64,000 nt of DNA from Parcubacteria group bacterium M6-OD1-4 (GTDB lineage: Bacteria > Patescibacteriota > Patescibacteriia > Patescibacteriales > UBA12465). Positions 61,648 through 64,000 of the stretch are shown piece after piece (the stretch's first letter is position 1; each line of letters begins with the position of its first letter). The notes under the pieces were generated by a model. The model had not been told where the DNA came from and did not search any database. It saw nothing but the letters and a program-made list of their open reading frames with translations. A program made the position numbers and the translations under genes. Location of the stretch: positions 124,630 to 188,629 of the forward strand of contig LSNS01000004.1 of the NCBI GenBank assembly GCA_003056205.1, written 5' to 3'.

Positions 61648-62499
61648 TTAAATTTGAAAAAAAGAACGAGCAGTTTCAGTAGTAATTTTAGCTACTTTTT
61701 CTAAATTAATACCACGAATATCAGCAATACGATTAGCAACATATTGGACTAATAAAGGTTCATTTCTTTGTCCTCGATAGGGTTCTGGTGTCATATAAGG
61801 ACTATCAGTCTCAATCATTAATTTATCAAGAGGAATTTTTCTGATTAAATTGTCCCATTGCTTACTAAAAGTAATCAAACCAGTAAAAGAAATTAAAAAA
61901 CCTAACTTAAAATATTTCCAAGCGAGATTTTCATCGCCAGAGAAACAATGAATAACTCCCCAAGGCTTATTAGTCGGAATTAATTGATGATATTTATTTT
62001 TAAACTCTTGGAGAAGTGGGAATAAATCATCATGAGCTTGACGACAATGGATAATAGCTGGCAAATCAAGAGTCCGAGCTAATAATAGTTGTTGAATAAG
62101 AACAGTTTGTTGTTTTTTCTTAATAGCTGATAAATCTTTACTAGGATCTAAATGATAATAATCTAAACCAACCTCCCCGATCGCTACTACTTTTTCAAAT
62201 TTAGCAATTTTTTCATAATTATCATAATTAAATTCCTCAGCCTTGGTAATAAATCCGGAATTAGAACCAGCTTCTCCAGTATCAACAAAACCATCTTCTA
62301 AATGGACAGGGTGAAGGCCAACTGCTGCATAGACTCCTTTTTCATATTTATTGGCATATTTCAAAGCTCGGTTAGAAGTCTTAAACTCTGCTCCAGGTAA
62401 AATCATCCAAGTATTATTACTTAAAGAGCGTCGAATAACTTCATCGGCATCATCTTTAAAAACAGAAAAATTAACATGGCTATGAGTATCAATAAACAT
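61648..62499 (-). CDS. tatD: TatD family nuclease
   Basis: DTHSH, GLHP, IGEVGLDY, HCR, HCFSG, ETDSPY. Confidence 0.94.
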   Translation of the reverse strand: MFIDTHSHVNFSVFKDDADEVIRRSLSNNTWMILPGAEFKTSNRALKYANKYEKGVYAAVGLHPVHLEDGFVDTGEAGSNSGFITKAEEFNYDNYEKIAKFEKVVAIGEVGLDYYHLDPSKDLSAIKKKQQTVLIQQLLLARTLDLPAIIHCRQAHDDLFPLLQEFKNKYHQLIPTNKPWGVIHCFSGDENLAWKYFKLGFLISFTGLITFSKQWDNLIRKIPLDKLMIETDSPYMTPEPYRGQRNEPLLVQYVANRIADIRGINLEKVAKITTETARSFFQI

Positions 62500-62509
62500 A
62501 AAAATAAAA

Positions 62510-63598
62510 TTATAAATTAAGTTCTGCCAATAATTGCTTCTGTTTTTTATCTAATTTGGTTGGAATCTTAACAATTATTTTAGTAAATTGGTCTCCAAGA
62601 CCGTTATTATGTAATCTGCTAATTCCCTTTCCTCGTAATTTAAAAACTGTCCCCGCTTGAGTTCCCGCAGGAATTTTTAATTTTACTAAGCCATTAACTG
62701 TTTCAACATCAATTTTATCACCCAAAATAGCCTGACTAACACTGATTGTTTCTTCAGTATAAACATCATAATTTTGTCGTCTAAATTTTTGGTTTGCTCG
62801 TAATCTAAGACGTAAATAAAGATCCCCAGCTGGACTTCCTTGTGGGCCAGCTTCTCCTTGACCACTTAAACGAATAGACTCGCCATCATTAATGCCTGCG
62901 GGTATTTTGACCTTAATCTTAACCTGTTCATTATGAATACCACTTCCCCGACATACACTACATTTTTTACTATATATTTTCCCCTCACCGCCACAATCAG
63001 GACAAGTAGTTTGAGCCTGAATATTACCTAAAATTGTTCTTTGCAAACGAGTAACCTGTCCCGAACCACGACAAGTTTTACAAGTATCTATTTTTGATCC
63101 AGGTTCAGCACCATTACCTTGGCAATGAGCGCAAATAACGTTTTTATTAAATATTAATTCTTTTTCTAGACCATGAGCAGCTTCTAAAAAATCTAAAGTA
63201 ATCGGCATTTCTAAGTCCCGCCCACGATTTTTTTGATGAGAACTTTGACGACCACCATTAAAACCAAAAATATCACCAAAGCCACCAAACATATCCCCCA
63301 AATCTTCAAAATTCATATTGAAATCACCAGTATTTTGAAAACCACTAAAACCACCAGCTCCGGCACCAAAACCACCACCAGCCTGACCATTTTGAAAAGC
63401 CGAACCAAATTGATCATACTGTTTCTTTTTTTCTGGATTACCTAAAACTTGATTAGCTTCATTGACCTCCTTAAATTTCTCAGCATCTCCTCCTTTATCA
63501 GGATGATATTCATGGGCTTTTTTCCGAAAAGCTTTTTTAATTTCCTCCGGAGAAGCATTCTTATCAATACCTAAAATGGCATAATAATCTTTAGACAT
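62510..63598 (-). CDS. dnaJ: chaperone DnaJ
   Basis: J-domain HPD, G/F-rich linker, four CxxCxGxG. Confidence 0.97.
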   Translation of the reverse strand: MSKDYYAILGIDKNASPEEIKKAFRKKAHEYHPDKGGDAEKFKEVNEANQVLGNPEKKKQYDQFGSAFQNGQAGGGFGAGAGGFSGFQNTGDFNMNFEDLGDMFGGFGDIFGFNGGRQSSHQKNRGRDLEMPITLDFLEAAHGLEKELIFNKNVICAHCQGNGAEPGSKIDTCKTCRGSGQVTRLQRTILGNIQAQTTCPDCGGEGKIYSKKCSVCRGSGIHNEQVKIKVKIPAGINDGESIRLSGQGEAGPQGSPAGDLYLRLRLRANQKFRRQNYDVYTEETISVSQAILGDKIDVETVNGLVKLKIPAGTQAGTVFKLRGKGISRLHNNGLGDQFTKIIVKIPTKLDKKQKQLLAELNL

Positions 63599-63647
63599 AA
63601 TAATCTTTTAGCCTTTTAATTTATAAGGATAATATTTAATTTAATAA

Positions 63648-63677
63648 GTCGCCCCTCTAATTTAACAAAGGGGCAAC
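63648..63677 (-). other. intercistronic hairpin between dnaK and dnaJ
   Basis: GTTGCCCCT...AGGGGCGAC stem without a strong U tract. Confidence 0.6.
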
Positions 63678-63691
63678 CTAAAAATAAACTA

Positions 63692-64000
63692 TTATTTTTT
63701 TTCTTCAACCTCTCCTTCCACGACTTCATCCTCTTTATTCTCTTTATTTTCTTTCTCATTCTTTTCCGTCTTATCTTCAGTAACTCCAGCCTGGGCACCA
63801 GCAGTAGCTCCAGCACCTGGAGCAGATTGGTACATCGCCGCCCCAATTTTCTGAGCAAGAGTATTCAATTCTTCCATCTTTTTCTTGATTTCTTCAAGAT
63901 CTCCGCCTTCTTGAGCTTTTTTAAGAGCGGCGGACTTATCTTCCATCTCTTTTTTATCTTCTGGTTTCATTTTATCACCTGATTCTTTTAGCATTTTTTC
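63692..64000 (-). CDS. dnaK: DnaK C-terminal end (gene begins outside the window)
   Basis: Lid helices ..QKIGAAMYQ, G/A-rich linker, VVEGEVEEKK tail; directly upstream of dnaJ. Confidence 0.85.
   Translation of the reverse strand, partial: EKMLKESGDKMKPEDKKEMEDKSAALKKAQEGGDLEEIKKKMEELNTLAQKIGAAMYQSAPGAGATAGAQAGVTEDKTEKNEKENKENKEDEVVEGEVEEKK

Overview
AT-rich, densely coding bacterial chromosome segment (standard code 11) made mostly of core genes. Gene content and style (almost no Shine-Dalgarno motifs, divergent housekeeping proteins, PEGA/DUF3160/beta-propeller surface proteins) suggest a Patescibacteria/CPR organism of Parcubacteria/ABY1 type; this is an inference. Contents: tpiA, gyrB, pgk-eno-gpmI-like, clpB, def/fmt, three tRNAs, dnaB-ybaB-recR, rplU, murA, galU with three GT2 genes, a five-gene dTTP-supply operon, gatB, miaAB, two divergent GT-C-like genes, mltG, groESL, the full F1Fo operon, tatD, dnaJ and the 3' end of dnaK. 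CIRCE (HrcA) operators precede clpB and groES. I saw no CRISPR array, integrase or IS. The best lead is a ~12-kb minus-strand gene run (16930->5015) divergent from clpB. It begins with a small membrane protein plus a membrane-anchored Clp/Hsp100 ATPase whose first ATPase ring looks dead and which has lost both pore loops. It continues through an HtrA-PDZ protein with no catalytic triad and ends in an atypical enolase and a catalytically dead, internally deleted phosphoglycerate mutase. The neighbouring ClpB unusually carries an IGF ClpP-docking motif. All family assignments come from motif recognition by eye; no database searches were run.
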